From the human T2T-CHM13v2.0 reference genome, Homo sapiens: 64,000 nucleotides of DNA. Below the pieces are notes generated by a model. That model had not been told where the DNA came from. It worked only from the letters and a program-made list of their open reading frames with translations, and did no database searches. Each line of letters starts with the position of its first letter. Position 1 is the first letter of the stretch. This document shows positions 1-44,099 of this stretch, one piece after another. Where the stretch lies: assembly GCF_009914755.1 (NCBI RefSeq), contig NC_060935.1. One strand, 5' to 3'. The position numbers and the translations under genes were made by a program.

Positions 1-59
1 GCTGGCTGGGCAGGGCATTTGAGATCAGACAGAGCTGGGGACATTGCCATTCATTGCCC

Positions 60-250
60 AAAGCTTCCCCTGCTTTATCTCATAGGTCTTTGCAACAACC
101 CCATGGGCCTGGTGTTACTATTCTTATTTTACCTACAAAGAAACAGATGCAGAGAAGGAAAGTAGATTGTCCAAGTCATGCATGCTGTGTCAGAATCTGG
201 ATTCAAATGCAGGTCACTTGACCTTGTCTACCACACCACACTGCTTCTGC
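60..250 (+). mobile_element. MIR SINE fragment
   Basis: Core-like text cttattttac...aagaaacagatgcagagaagg..ttgtccaagtca..ggattcaaatgcaggtc. Confidence 0.6.
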
Positions 251-437
251 ACTATAAATCCTGTGTGGCTCATTACCTGGCAGGAAAGTAATTCCCAGAG
301 AGGAGGTCAACTGTATAACACAAATATCTCTTCTCTTTTCCTTTAGCAAATGCTTTCCTGAGAAGTTTTGTTGGCAGACAGGGCTGAGAGCTGGGTACTG
401 GAAGATGAATGAGATTTGGGCCCTACATTCAAGGAGT

Positions 438-480
438 TTGTGCATGTGCGTGCGTGCGTGTGTGTGTGTCTGTCTGTCTA
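438..480. repeat. (TG)n/(TGCG)n/(TGTC)n compound microsatellite
   Basis: Directly visible. Confidence 0.85.
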
Positions 481-1650
481 TCCCAGACATGGGCACAGAC
501 TATGACAACATGGGCTGTGGGAACTGGTAGCCCTGAGGCTGTAGGGTCACAGAGAAAGCAGCCCTTAACTCAGGTATGGGTGGAAGTGTCTTAAGCTAGA
601 TGTAAAGACAAATGCTCTTCCAACTATCGTCTTGTGGGAGTTGCTAACTTAGATGAAGAGGAAACAAGAACTAAAGCAGCACTCAGTGCCGAGAGTTCTC
701 TGGGTGAGGCTGGATCTGCAGTGTGATGGGTGGAAACGGGGGTCAGCAAGGTCAAACCGTCAGGGGCCTTGGATGCCAGGGAAGGAGCTTGAACTATATA
801 CTAACTTCCAGGCCATGGAATGCCTCCAAAAAATTTGAAGCAAAGGAAGGACATGGTTGAACCTGGAAGTTCGATCTCACACACACAAAAACAGACATTC
901 ATTCTCATAGACAACATGGTCTCAACCCAGACAAAACCATCTCTGCAAACTGTCTGAGCAGCCCAGGTACTGCCTGGCCACTCATAGCCAGCTCACTGGG
1001 GGTGCTCAACTCCACATCCATTCCTGAGACCACCTGCCTCCATCAGCCCCTACTAGAGGAGATTCTGTAGATAGCAAGGGTCTGTGGCACTCTGAGCATC
1101 CTGGCAGTGAGCACTTCTCCAAAATCAGGTATATGACTCAGTCTCAGAACTAGAGCCCTACATTCAGAATACCTGGCTGGATATGACCCTCGATGCCCTC
1201 TAAAATGGATTTGTCTCCCCTTTGCCCCACCTGAAAGGGACCATGCTACTGCTTTCTGCCACCCATAGGGACTGGGAGTACTCTTACCCTTTCCCTTTCC
1301 TGCCCTTGTGGGATAGCTCAGTCTGTGAGACCTCCTTCCTCAGGAGTTGAGATCTACCTCCTGAGAACTCCCAGGGTTGGGTCCCAGATTTACTTCTGAC
1401 CTCAGATCAGTGTTCCCCAACCTTAGAATTTCCCACAGAGGTTTGCAGACATCTTAAGTGGTCATCAGGAGACTTCATTGTCAGAATCATGGTCCAATCA
1501 GTCTATCACCCTTAAACCTGAAGCACAGAACCCTGAGGTTTGACCCTTTCTAGGTTGGTCACGAGCCTTGGGGATGGAGAGGGGTAACAAGCTAAGGCCA
1601 GGATATGCTTAGGCAGGAACATATACTGAATATAGAAAGAGTTCCAACTA

Positions 1651-2002
<352 letters not shown>

Positions 2003-2689
2003 CTAGTATATCGGGGAGGAAGGAGGCCTTCTCCACTGGCCAGCTGCTCTCCCCCACACCTTAGTCTGTCTGGACCCACTGGTTACCATTTGAACATCTT
2101 AGTGAGATTCTCTCACATGGATGCCTGTTCTCTCTACCTGGACACCAATTATGGGATCAATGTGGGGTGGTTTTCCTTTACTGCCCGAGTTTTCATTCTC
2201 CATGTCATCACCAGCCCCAACAAAGCACGTGCATCAGACTTCATAGAAATGGTGGAGTAACAAAGGAAAAAGAAGGAAATGAAAAAATAAAATGAAATTA
2301 CTCTTTATCCCCCCAGTAAGGGGACAGGTTTTTAGTTCACTTGCAGAAGTTCCTACTTCCTCACTTCAATCCCCTGTCCTCTGTTCTGGCTTTCTCCAAA
2401 AACCTCTCCACATTTGTGCTTTCCAGTCACCCCAATGAACAAAGCAATGAGTGCAAATAGATGTTCCCGATGCAGTTTGCTTCAAAATCTCTCCACTAGT
2501 AGGACTGCAACATGAATTTTTAATTCTTCCAGCTGTCCAGTAGACAATTTTTAAATTATTCACACACACATTAAGACAGACATTAATCCTCATAGACAAA
2601 ACACTCTAATCTGGAGGTGGCCTATGGACGACATCTGGCTCACAAATTGTTTTGTCTGGTCAGCACATAGTTTTTAAAAAGTTTTGAAT

Positions 2690-9801
<7,112 letters not shown>

Positions 9802-10298
9802 GTGTTCCTCATTTCAACAATTAAAAACTTTTCACACTTAATTTATGATTCCAAATTGTTTCATATCTTATCTCCTTAATATTTATCATGTCATCCTTAA
9901 ATTATTCGTTCTTTCCCAAAGTATTTCTGCTTTAGTTATTTACTTTTACTTTTGAGGCAGTTTTTAGGTATTCAACTATATTGCTGTGTGAGTTCAAATT
10001 CCCCTCAGGGTATAGGCTACTAGTCTGGAAGGCACAAGGGACAAGACTGTCAAGGAGAGGAGGGGACAAACTTTGGGGCAAAGAGTTCTAGGAACTATAA
10101 GCCCACATGTAATCACTCCCATTCAGTATCAGTATCATCCCCCAAAGCCACAACTTATTTCAGGGCCTTGCCTTTATTTCCATCGGCTTATTAGTGCTTT
10201 TGTACTGCCTTAATATTACTCTTGCAGACACCTGCACTAGTATTCTGGCCTGTGGCCTTCATTTTACAGTAAGGGGTTCAGCTATGGTTGTCCCAAGG

Positions 10299-10490
10299 CA
10301 GGGGTTGCCCTTTTCTCTGTAAAGGGCCAGATAGTAAACAGTTTTTTGGGTTTTAGGGCCATAAGGTCTGTGGCAGCTATTAAGCTCTGCCATTATAGTG
10401 GGAAAGTATGGCTGAGTTCCAATAAAACTTAATTTTTAAAACTGGTTCCAGGCTGCATTTGGTGGGAGGGCCACAGTTTGCTGGCTCCTG
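10299..10490. mobile_element. MER58-like hAT-Charlie MITE with perfect 8-bp TSD
   Basis: CAGGGG...CCTG termini, body tctgtaaagggccagatagtaaa, TSD tcccaagg at 10291-10298 and 10491-10498. Confidence 0.85.
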
Positions 10491-10804
10491 TCCCAAGGCA
10501 AAGGTATAGTTAGGAGTGAGGACGCAAAAGCAGAACTTAAGATGCTTTTCTTAATATGTCCTATTACTGCCTCCACCAGGGGATGTATCTTTCAAGTTGC
10601 AGCCCCTCTCCCCCACCCCCCAACAATACCCCCATCAAAAAAAGAGTCTTTGACTCCCTAGGAGTTCCTCACATTTGTTGTTGTTATTTTTCTGGATTCT
10701 GTCCATGTCTGCTTTAAAGGTCTTCCCAGAGAGGGAGAAGTAAATGCTAATTCACCATCTTGGCAGGAATGGGAAACCAGGTCAATAATTGTTTTCTTTC
10801 GTGT

Positions 10805-10842
10805 TTTATTTATATATTTTTGGCAGCAAAATTGTGTTTATT
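10805..10842 (-). terminator. Distal polyadenylation signals of RAB6A (two AATAAA)
   Basis: tttatt on + at 10837-10842 and 10805-10810, at the end of the repeat-free UTR block. Confidence 0.75.
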
Positions 10843-11808
10843 AAAAAAAAAACCTGGACTATGAACACACTTCAATGCTTTGAAGAACTCCAAGCCAAAT
10901 AAAAAGACCAATCAATATTAAAAGCAGTATAACTGGTTACTTTCTTAAAAATACATAAAAAGAATCAAATGCAACAGTGTAGGAAGACAATCACACCCAT
11001 GTCAGAAGTCACAACTTCTTCCAAATAAAGAATATGACCCATCTGCCATATTGAATCAATATTTATTTCAGGACATGCCATGTCAAAATAAAACAAAGAG
11101 TCAACCCTTGCCTTTAACAATTATATTGTATTATAAAAGCACTTTACAACTCCATCCCATCTTTAAGTTACTGGTATGTGGGCTAATGATTATCTGTAAG
11201 CATTTCTCTATTCAGATCCATAATCCAAGTGCTCTCTGAATATTACAAGGTGACAATAAGTGGGAAGTGGAGGAGGAAGAGGAAAGAGAGGGGACTAAGG
11301 TTCTCCCAGTTTAAGGTTTTGTTCCAATGAGGGGATGAGGAAGTATGAAGATATTTTTGTTGTCTTTTCATCTTTATACTGTGTTAAGTAATGCTTACAA
11401 CATAAATTCAGCAGGCTTTTCCTGAGCTGTAACTCAGAAGTTTTCGTCCTGCAAACAATGTATTTACAAATGTGTTTATTAGCTTACACAGCAATCTCAC
11501 AATAACTAGTAAAGATTAAAAGGGCACACTCCTAGTATATTTGTTTGCAGTGTTTTAAGGGAAATACATATTGCCATGGTGAAGCTCTAAATAGATTCAA
11601 CGAAACATCTGAAGATTGAAAGTTGTTAAAAAAAAAAAAGGCAAAGAAATAAATATCACCAAAGAAAAAAGATTAATTGTAGCTTAAATATAAAACTAAA
11701 TCACCAGTTAATTAAACTATACAGATCTAATACAAACCAAAACCAGCCTGAAAGACCCAACCTTAAAAAATGCTAAAAAATAAGGCATAAATCTGCATAA
11801 TATTGAGT

Positions 11809-11814
11809 TTTATT
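11809..11814 (-). terminator. Candidate proximal polyadenylation signal
   Basis: AATAAA followed on the minus strand by a U-rich tract (gccttattttttagcatttttt). Confidence 0.5.
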
Positions 11815-12895
11815 TCCATTCTCTCCTTTCCCTCTACTATGTATGCTTTACCTGATCTGCCTCTAGGGGCTTACAAGAAAACGGTTTCCGGTTTCCGTCT
11901 TCAATTTGACCTCAAATGTCCTGAGCAAAGTTTTTGTTATTCTGCTGAGGGTTCTTTTGTTGGTAAGCTTTAGACATCATTATTTCTACTAATTCAGTAG
12001 TTTTGATCGTAGCGCCAAATTTAAATTCTTCCACTGGTTCTTCTGGAAGGAATTAAAACTTTTACAGTGCCTTGCCTGCACAGTATTATGTTTTTAAAAA
12101 AGAAAACCCAAGCAAAATCTATTGCTTAAAGAGGTTTCTTATTTTTTAAACAAACAGAATAACTCTTGACAATTTTAAAACCTTGGGAGAAACAGTTCAT
12201 TAGAACTTCATTTTCTTACCGTGAAGAATTAAATACTAAAAACCTGTTCTGAAGCACTTGGTTAATTTTCTCTCCCAGAGTCTAATAAAGCACATGTGAA
12301 AGAGCCATTTGTTTTAGTCAGAAATACATCTTATGTTCTTCTACTTCTAAGTACTCAGTATGTTCTTTAGGACTCATTTTGAAGATGCACCAGGAGCCTT
12401 TTCTCATTCAAGCACTGCCTACCATGATGGCTGAATTTTGACCTCAAAGAAGACCGTAATTTTTATCAGTGCTCAAGAATAATTTTGGACATCTTGGTCC
12501 GTAGCCTACAGCAAGTGGTATCTGTAAAATTAAAGGATAATTCCAATGGGCTTGGTAGAACTGCTGCTTTGCCATCTCTTGTTTGTTTTGAGGAAGTCGG
12601 GGGAGGCTAGGTAAGAATAGGGTAATAGGGAATGGGGGTAAGTGAGAGGTGAGAAAAGCAAGGAGAGATAAAGTAGGCTGTGAACATACCGCTCGTTAAC
12701 CAAGCCATACTCATACTGTTGAGATTTCCATCATTTTGAAGTACATTATCATAACATTAAAAAAGAAAAAAATGTTAAGAAAATGTATCTAATTTTTAAA
12801 GTTATCACTGGAATATGCTGAAATATTTTGGCTTTTTGTAAAATATAAATAATGAAGACACTGACTTTTGTTGTGCTTGTGAAGCTAATAGATCA

Positions 12896-13042
<147 letters not shown>

Positions 13043-13107
13043 TTAGCAGGAACAGCCTCCTTCACTGACTGGTTGCTCCTGAGGCTTTTCCAGTTTTATG
13101 TCAATCA
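13043..13107 (-). CDS. RAB6A: RAB6A last exon, coding part ((M)[20 protein letters not shown])
   Basis: tttcag|TG ATT GAC ... TGT TCC TGC TAA; C-terminal CXC geranylgeranylation motif; stop at 13043-13045. Confidence 0.97.
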
Positions 13108-18992
<5,885 letters not shown>

Positions 18993-18994
18993 AC

Positions 18995-19782
<788 letters not shown>

Positions 19783-20344
19783 ATGCAGTTTTGGCCTCAA
19801 TGATTTTAACACCTGGCCATCTAGTCAGAATGTATATTCAGCACATTTCTCTTTCAGTAGAGATGAGGACAAAGGAAAAGAAGTGGCAAAGATTTCACAG
19901 GGAAGAGTTTCCTGAACACATGTTCACAGATAGAAAAGTACAAGGTATACTTAAGAATGCTTATGTAGTCCAGACTGGTTGGAGCACAGAATATGTAAAA
20001 TAATTACGATAAGGATATATACATATTGGAGGCCAGACTGAGAAAGACCTTCCCTCACATCCTGTGGGTAAAGGAAGCCACTAAAAATAGTAGTTTGCTC
20101 TCAGACTTCCATCAATAATTCCATTGTCTTAATATGGCTAAAGAGATATACAAATCACGTAGTGAAATTGAAAGGTATTAAGCAGAATGGCAAAAAGCAA
20201 AAAACTAAAAGGTAAAGTGTGGATAGCAGTACAGTGTAGTAGTTAACAGCCTGGGCTTGGGCCCTAGGTAGGCCACTTAAGTGACAGATCATGTAATCTT
20301 CGTTCCTCTGTTCCCTGATGTGTAAGATGGGCTTAAAATAATAG

Positions 20345-23035
<2,691 letters not shown>

Positions 23036-23799
23036 AAGTCACGGATGTTACCTTGTAGACTGTCAAGTAATTTGGATTTGCTTGTTGCTTCCTAATGTTT
23101 AGTTTTACCTTACTCACTTTTTGTCAGTAATACTACAGAAGAGATAGTGTCTTTCTTAGTGTATCATATCAGGAGGCACCTTATGCTGGTTTGTGCCCTT
23201 ACTGGTGAAGTGAATTTTAGCCACTTGGTTAAATTAAGGTAGAGCTGGTCAAGTTTCTTCACTGCCAAATTACCAACTTTCCTTTTGTGATTAATAAGTA
23301 TGAGAGGAGATTCTCTGCAATTATGTATATCTCTTATCATTCTTTGTCAAATTTTCACTTTAAGGTTTTAATACCAATTGGTGATTTTTGCCCAAATAAA
23401 TCATTACTGTGACTTCTGAAAAAAGATTACTAAATATCCTTTCATTGTCTCATGGTCTGCTGAACTCTGGATCTAGGCTGGGTCAGTAGGGCTGTGCAGT
23501 GCCTCTTGTGCCTGTCTCTGTCTCTTGAAGTCCTATTTACCATCTCTGGAAGGCTTAGTTTGCAGTCTCAACAGCGGGGTAGACTCCCAGGAAGAGAGAG
23601 ACAGATTTGAGCCTAGTTGATGATATATAAAATACAATGAATTAGTCTCTGTGTCCATCACGTTCTGGCTCCGGAGAAATAAGAGAATTGCTAATGAGTT
23701 GGTGCCATTCTGTGTACTTTCTATATCTTGAACTCTTAAGAGATCTTGTCCCTGGGTCTTCTGCTAAGGATTTACCACCTGACTCTAGTATAGTATCAC

Positions 23800-25164
23800 A
23801 TTACAGATAAAGGAAATCAAAATATCTTACCCCCAAATAACATTCTTTTTGCCATAAATAGCCCTGCAAAGGGCCACTTTGTGAAGAGAAAACTTGCATC
23901 TGTAAAACATTTCTATTTACATAAGTAGATTTTTTCCCCTTCCAGGTTCTCCCAATCCTGAAGAGATTAACTCAGAGTCTAGCAACTTTTAAAGGTCTAA
24001 ATAAGAAACACTTGCCACCAGGCAGTGGCTCACTCTTGTAATCCCAGCACTTTGGGAAGCCGAGGTGGTTGGATCATTTGAGCCCAGGAGTTCCAGACCA
24101 CCCTGGGCAACACAGGGAGACCTTGTCTCTATAAAAAATTAGCCAGGTGTGGTGGTAGGCTCCTGTAGTCCAAGCTATTCAGGAGGCTGAGGTGGGAAGA
24201 GCATTTGAGCCCAGAAGTTGAGGCTGTAGTGAGCTGTGATTATGCCACTGCACTCCAGCCTGGAAGACAGAGGGAGACCCTGTCTCAAGAAAAAAAAAAA
24301 AATTGCTTCTAAGGGCAGCCACCTATGAGACTTCATTTACATCAGCGATCCCCAACCTTTTTGGCACCAGGGACCGGTTTCCTGTAAGACAATTTTTCCA
24401 TGGACTGGGGTGCAGATAGTTTTGGGATGAAACTGTTCCACCTGTGATTTTCAGGCATTACTTAGATTCTTGTAAGGAGTGTGCAACCTAGATCCCTCCA
24501 ATGTGCAGTTCACAATAGTGTTCATGCTCCTAGGAGAATATCATGTTGCCATTGATCTGACAGGAGGCAGAGCTCAGGCTGTAATGCTGGCTTACCTGCT
24601 GCTCATCTCCTGCTGTGTGGGTTGGTTCCTAACAGGCCACGGACCAGTATTGGGCTGTGGCCCAAGGGTTGGGGACCCCTGACCTACATCGTAATAACCT
24701 TGGTCTCCACAACCTTTTATCTTAGCCTAGACACTCCTCCTTTCTATTGATTCCAGGTCTTTAGATAACTCTTTCAACCAATTGCCACTCAGAAAATCTC
24801 TGAATCCACTTATGACCTACAAGTTCCCCTCAACCCCCACCACCACTTTGGGTTGTCCTACCTTTCCAGACCAAACCAATGTCTATGTCATATGTACGGA
24901 CTGAGGTCTTATGTTTCCCTAAAATGTATAAAACCAAGCTGTAACCCAACTACTTTGGGCAGATGTTCTCAGAATCTCGACTGTGCCTCTGTGGAGGTTG
25001 CAGTGAGTGGACATTGCAACACTGCACCCCAGTCTGGGCAACACAGTGAGACTCCGTCTCAAAAAAAAAAAAAAAAAAAAAAGACCGACTCAGGCATGAT
25101 CACTCATATTTGGCTCAAAATAGACCTCTTTAAATATTTTACAGTTTGGCTTTTTTTGTCAACA
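23800..25164 (+). mobile_element. MER4-group ERV1 LTR with nested Alu (24016-24302), MER1 and Alu fragment (24990-25082)
   Basis: aaaggaaatcaaaatatcttacccccaaa start; tccctaaaatgtataaaaccaagctgta; ends tttggcttttttt..caaca. Confidence 0.7.
24343..24681. mobile_element. MER1 (MER1B-like) hAT-Charlie element
   Basis: TIRs cagcgatccccaacc / ggttggggacccctg; degenerate 8-bp TSD atttacat / acctacat. Confidence 0.85.
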
Positions 25165-25557
25165 CTCTGGAGGAGGGGAAAACTTCTTTTCACATGGTGT
25201 AAGGCAGAAAGGGTAAAAGCCTATTTCCATAATTTAATACAGCATTTAATGTGCATATAGAAAGAGCATAGAATACAAGCCCAGAAAGAAACTCTACTAT
25301 TAACTACCCCATTATTACAGCTTTGTAATCTCAAGGATATTTACTATCTCTAATTCTTAGATTCATTCTAATAAAAAGGGGATACAGTTGTGAAGTTCAA
25401 AGGACACAATGATGATGCTTCTCCTTGGAATACCCTCCCAGTTCAATTTGCCTAGCTGACACTCATCCTTCAGGACCCATTCCTTGATAACTCCTTAAAA
25501 GCTTCTCTAACTCACTCCCCAGTTCCTTAAATCTTCTTCCTCCTGTCTAATAAAATC

Positions 25558-26609
25558 TTTTTAAAAAATACACTGTCTCACTGTGTTGCCAGGCTGGAGT
25601 GCAATGAAAATGTGATCATAACTCATGATAGCCTTGAACTCCTGGGTTCAAGCAATCCTCCTGCCTCAGCCTCCTGAGTAGCTAGGACTACAGGGATGTG
25701 CCAAGGCACCCAGCTAATTCTTTTTTTTTTTTAACATTTTCAAATAATTTATTAGGAATTTAAAACTGAAAATAAAACCTGGAAAAAGAAGTTACAGATG
25801 TGGAGAGAAGAGACACCGGAGGGTGGTAACTTGCTGGCTTCGAAATACCATGTAACATCTTAAAAAAAAAAAAAAAAAAACCCAAACAAATCAGCAAACG
25901 GAATTCCAGGGTTCTGAGCCCATGGTTGGGTCCAGTGGGGTGGAAGGGTCCGGGTATGGGGGACAGGGAAGCTAAGTGTCTCTGGACTCAGCTCAAATGT
26001 GTAGAAAATTAAAAATAAAAACCAACAAAATGCAGCTTCTTTTATTAGGAAACATTAAAAAAAAAAAAACCCAAAACACGAACAGCCGCATCTCAGTAAC
26101 AAAGATTACTGCTTTGTGTTCTCAGGCCTGATAGGTTAAGCACCTCACACAGAAAATTAACTCTCCAAAGGCGGGGTTTTTCGGGGGTGGGGGGGCGATG
26201 CTGGGGAAGAGAGCTCAGGCCCTGGGCCTTAGAACTAGGGGACAGGGACACACAGAAAGGGGATGGCAGTGAGTGGGCCTTGGGCCTGCCACGCCAGCCA
26301 GGCCACTGTTAATGAAGGTCCAATGCCCTGAACTTCTCTTTTTTCCTTAGAAGGGGGCTCTGGGGTGAGGGGCTGCCAAGGGACTCTGGCTGTGGGGTCA
26401 TCCTGGTGGGAAACTTCAGTGAGAGAATGTGGGGGTTCCCTGAGACGCCTTTTGCTTTCTCCTGGGGTCTGCCCTCGCCAGAGCATCCCCTGGGCACCCA
26501 GCTAATTCTTTATTTTTTGTAGGGATGGGGGTCTTGCTGTATTGCCATGGTCTCAAACTCCTGGCCTCCCAAAGTGTTGGGATCACAGGCATGAGCTACC
26601 ATGCCCAGC
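25558..26609 (-). mobile_element. AluJ-like element split at its A-rich linker by the retrocopy
   Basis: Right arm 25558-25723, left arm 26493-26609. Confidence 0.85.
25721..26492 (-). pseudogene. 5'-truncated retrocopy of an unidentified mRNA 3' UTR, inserted in an Alu
   Basis: Poly(A) tail (T run 25721-25732), AATAAA ~15 nt before it, GC-rich unique body, and a perfect TSD ggcacccagctaattc(ttt) at 25705 and 26493. The Alu halves resume on both sides. Confidence 0.85.
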
Positions 26610-26829
26610 ACTAAAATATATACTCCAAGTAGCACCAGTAGTTCTTTCAGAGTTATTTACTGCACTGATTGTAATAGCCTATTTTTACTTCTCTCTCTTT
26701 CCCTCTAGACTTTAAACTTCTGGAGAGCAAGGCTCTCATTTCATCTTTGTTATCCCAGTATCTGACATGCAGTAGATATTTTTCAAAATGTTAGCTACAA
26801 CAATAATTAAGGGGTGTGAAAACACATTA

Positions 26830-30850
<4,021 letters not shown>

Positions 30851-31355
30851 CTAGAAGACATTCTAGGGCATCTTTGCTGGAACAGCTTCTTTCCCTAAGA
30901 AACTTATTAAGTCCACGCTGACCTCCAGGTGTATGGTATTTTATTTGTAATTTCTAGGAGGCAACAGACATATTTAAGTTGCAGTGACAGCTAGTACAGT
31001 AATTAGTTCAGGGATGATGACAAGCTGAATATGGTTCTCTGTAGAAACTTTCAAGTTGAATATTTCAGGCCATAATTTTAGGGCTAAAAATTTTTTTAGG
31101 GATAATTTTAATGTAAAGAGATACACTGGAGAAGGAGATTTCAAAATAAAATCACTATGACTACCAGTTCTTACCTTATGAAGTTAACTAAGTAGTTTAT
31201 AGGCAGAAATACCACCCTTCAAAGAGCAAACTAAGCTACTCAGTTTTACCAACTTACAGAAAAAATTCCATTATGAAAGTAAATGTAAGAGTAAAGAGTG
31301 TTTTATACATAACTGAATTCTTAGATGAGTGTTCATTATTTGTGGACTTTTGACT

Positions 31356-35760
<4,405 letters not shown>

Positions 35761-36796
35761 TGTGTGTGTGTGGGGGGGGGGGAGGAGGGTAGTGGATGAG
35801 AAATCTAAGGAGTAAAACTATTTTTCAGAGGCTGTCTTTTTATGAAATACTGAATGGAATGAAACACATTTTACTTAAATATGCTATATAATACAAATGA
35901 TCATGTTAGATATTACTATTTATGCTAGTTCTAGTACTGATTGTTTTATTTTTTAAATGACAACAATCTTCTGTAAGACAGAAGCAGGACTTTAGGGTCA
36001 AGTGCTTAAATCAAAATAAAGAGCAAAAGGGTTAAGCACAGGACATTTTTAAGTAAGAAGGCAAAGTAGTATTATTGGGTAAAATAAACTGTTTTAAGGC
36101 AAGGTTCTTGGGTGCTACAGCCTAGTCACTTGAATCATGATTAGATAATAAATGATGTAAAAGCTCTCTCACAATTATTTAAAAAGAAAACAGTAACTGT
36201 GAAAGCCCATTTTTAAGCTTTTATTATGTGATGTGCATTATAATCTAGTAAATGAGGAAATGGGGAAGAGGAATCCAGTTAGATTAGCAGAAAGCTAGGA
36301 AACAACTCTGTATATGGAAAAGTAGAACTACATGGTACCTATAGTACTGATAAATATATACCTTATATACAGAAAGACTTCTGTGTATCTTCTGGTAAAA
36401 AGGCATGATTTTGTCAAATAAAATGAGTACAATCAAAAATCAAAAATAGTTCTGCTTACAAACATATACAGCTGAGAAAACACACAACGGTAATAACAGG
36501 CATGTAAGACTGTGATTCTCAATGTTTTCCAAGACAGTGACTAGACTGTGAAATTTACCTCAGAAAGTCCTGAATACCAGCACAACTTCTGAATTGTGAC
36601 TGACCTACATAGCAAGAACTCAGAAGAGATCAGAGATTATTTCACGATAATCAGTTTTATTTCCTTTATCAGATATTTTAATTTTTACCCCTATAAATTC
36701 AGTGCAGACTTTAGCTTTGGTAATAGCAGAGCAGCTTGTATAAGACTAACACTCTTGTACATACAGCAATGATTAACTCTGGATATGGGGACATTT

Positions 36797-38279
<1,483 letters not shown>

Positions 38280-38607
38280 TAATAAAAAAAAATTGGAAAA
38301 AAAAAATTCAACATGGGTTCAGGTGAATGCAAAGAAACGGAAGATGAACATGTATCTATGTCTAAGGTGTAGTCAAAACAGCAAATGAAGGGCAATTCTC
38401 CAAGTAACCTGGCTTCTCTAGGGCTTGTTCAGTCTAGCTAAGAAAATTCTTAAGACAGAACCAAGGACATGAAATAAATCTTATTTTTATGGCAAAACAA
38501 TGCAGCTCTAAGAATCTGCTAAAAAAAAATAAAGTATATTATCATTCATTCAATGAACATTTATGGAGTTTGTTGTTTAGTGGGGAGGCAGAATAAACTG
38601 ACAATTA

Positions 38608-42310
<3,703 letters not shown>

Positions 42311-42575
42311 AAAATTTACCTTTAAAGCAATGTAGTAGGAATGTAGTGACAATATGGTAGATTTACCACTTTGCAGTAGTTCTATCCACGATCTGAAGTT
42401 TGCAAGTCTTTTCTCTTTTTCCAAAAACTATGCCACATTTATATTTTTCACTGTTTGAAAATATACTGCTAGTTTGTAAGGCCTGCTCTTGCCAGGTGGA
42501 AGGAAACCTATACACCAGAGAATAGAATACTCACACAATTATTTCATATTTTTTCAATTTGGTAACCTCAACTCA

Positions 42576-42698
<123 letters not shown>

Positions 42699-42949
42699 TT
42701 ACTTTTGAGACATGAGGCAGTATTATAAAGATTATAAAGAAAGCTCTGAAAATAACTTTCCTTGATATAAGGACTGGTTATACAGGTCACATTAGTTTAA
42801 AAATTCATTAATCTGCCACACTCTTGAAATTTGTGTGTTTCTGTGTGTGTATACTTAACATTTTTTTAAAGACTTTTTTTTGTTACTGATTTGCTTTCAC
42901 TTGACTGGGCTCATCCTGTAATTTTTTTACTTTTACAAACTTAATAGCT

Positions 42950-43703
<754 letters not shown>

Positions 43704-44099
43704 TAATACTTTAATATTACCTTTACAGGGTATTTTGTGATGCATTACAATTAGCACTATGTCTCAAATTGTGAGATCTCAAGTGCAAGATTATGTCATT
43801 TATATTGGTATTCCTAATGCTTAAGCTGGCAGATAAGTATTCCATAAATATACAAATGTTCTAATTAGCTAGATTTAAACTATCAGCTGACAAACCCTGC
43901 TTCCTACAACACAGAAAATGGGCAATGGAAGAGAATTTCCACAAGCTTCCATTTACTTGCAAGTGTGCCCTTATATCCTACCTCTAGTCCTATTACTATG
44001 AAAGAGTTGTCCTTATTCTCAAAACTTACATCTATGTATTAGATCCCACTCCCTTCTTGCCTACAAGAAATTATTATTCTAGAATTCTCCACTCCCTAA

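Noticed and set aside
203-1640. Small ORFs or a possible exon in unique sequence at the window start
   Set aside because: No protein similarity recognised and no convincing splice or promoter signals; partly MIR/L2-like and microsatellite.
26235-26497. ORFs within the retrocopy
   Set aside because: Non-ATG starts and no recognisable protein; the sequence looks like 3' UTR.
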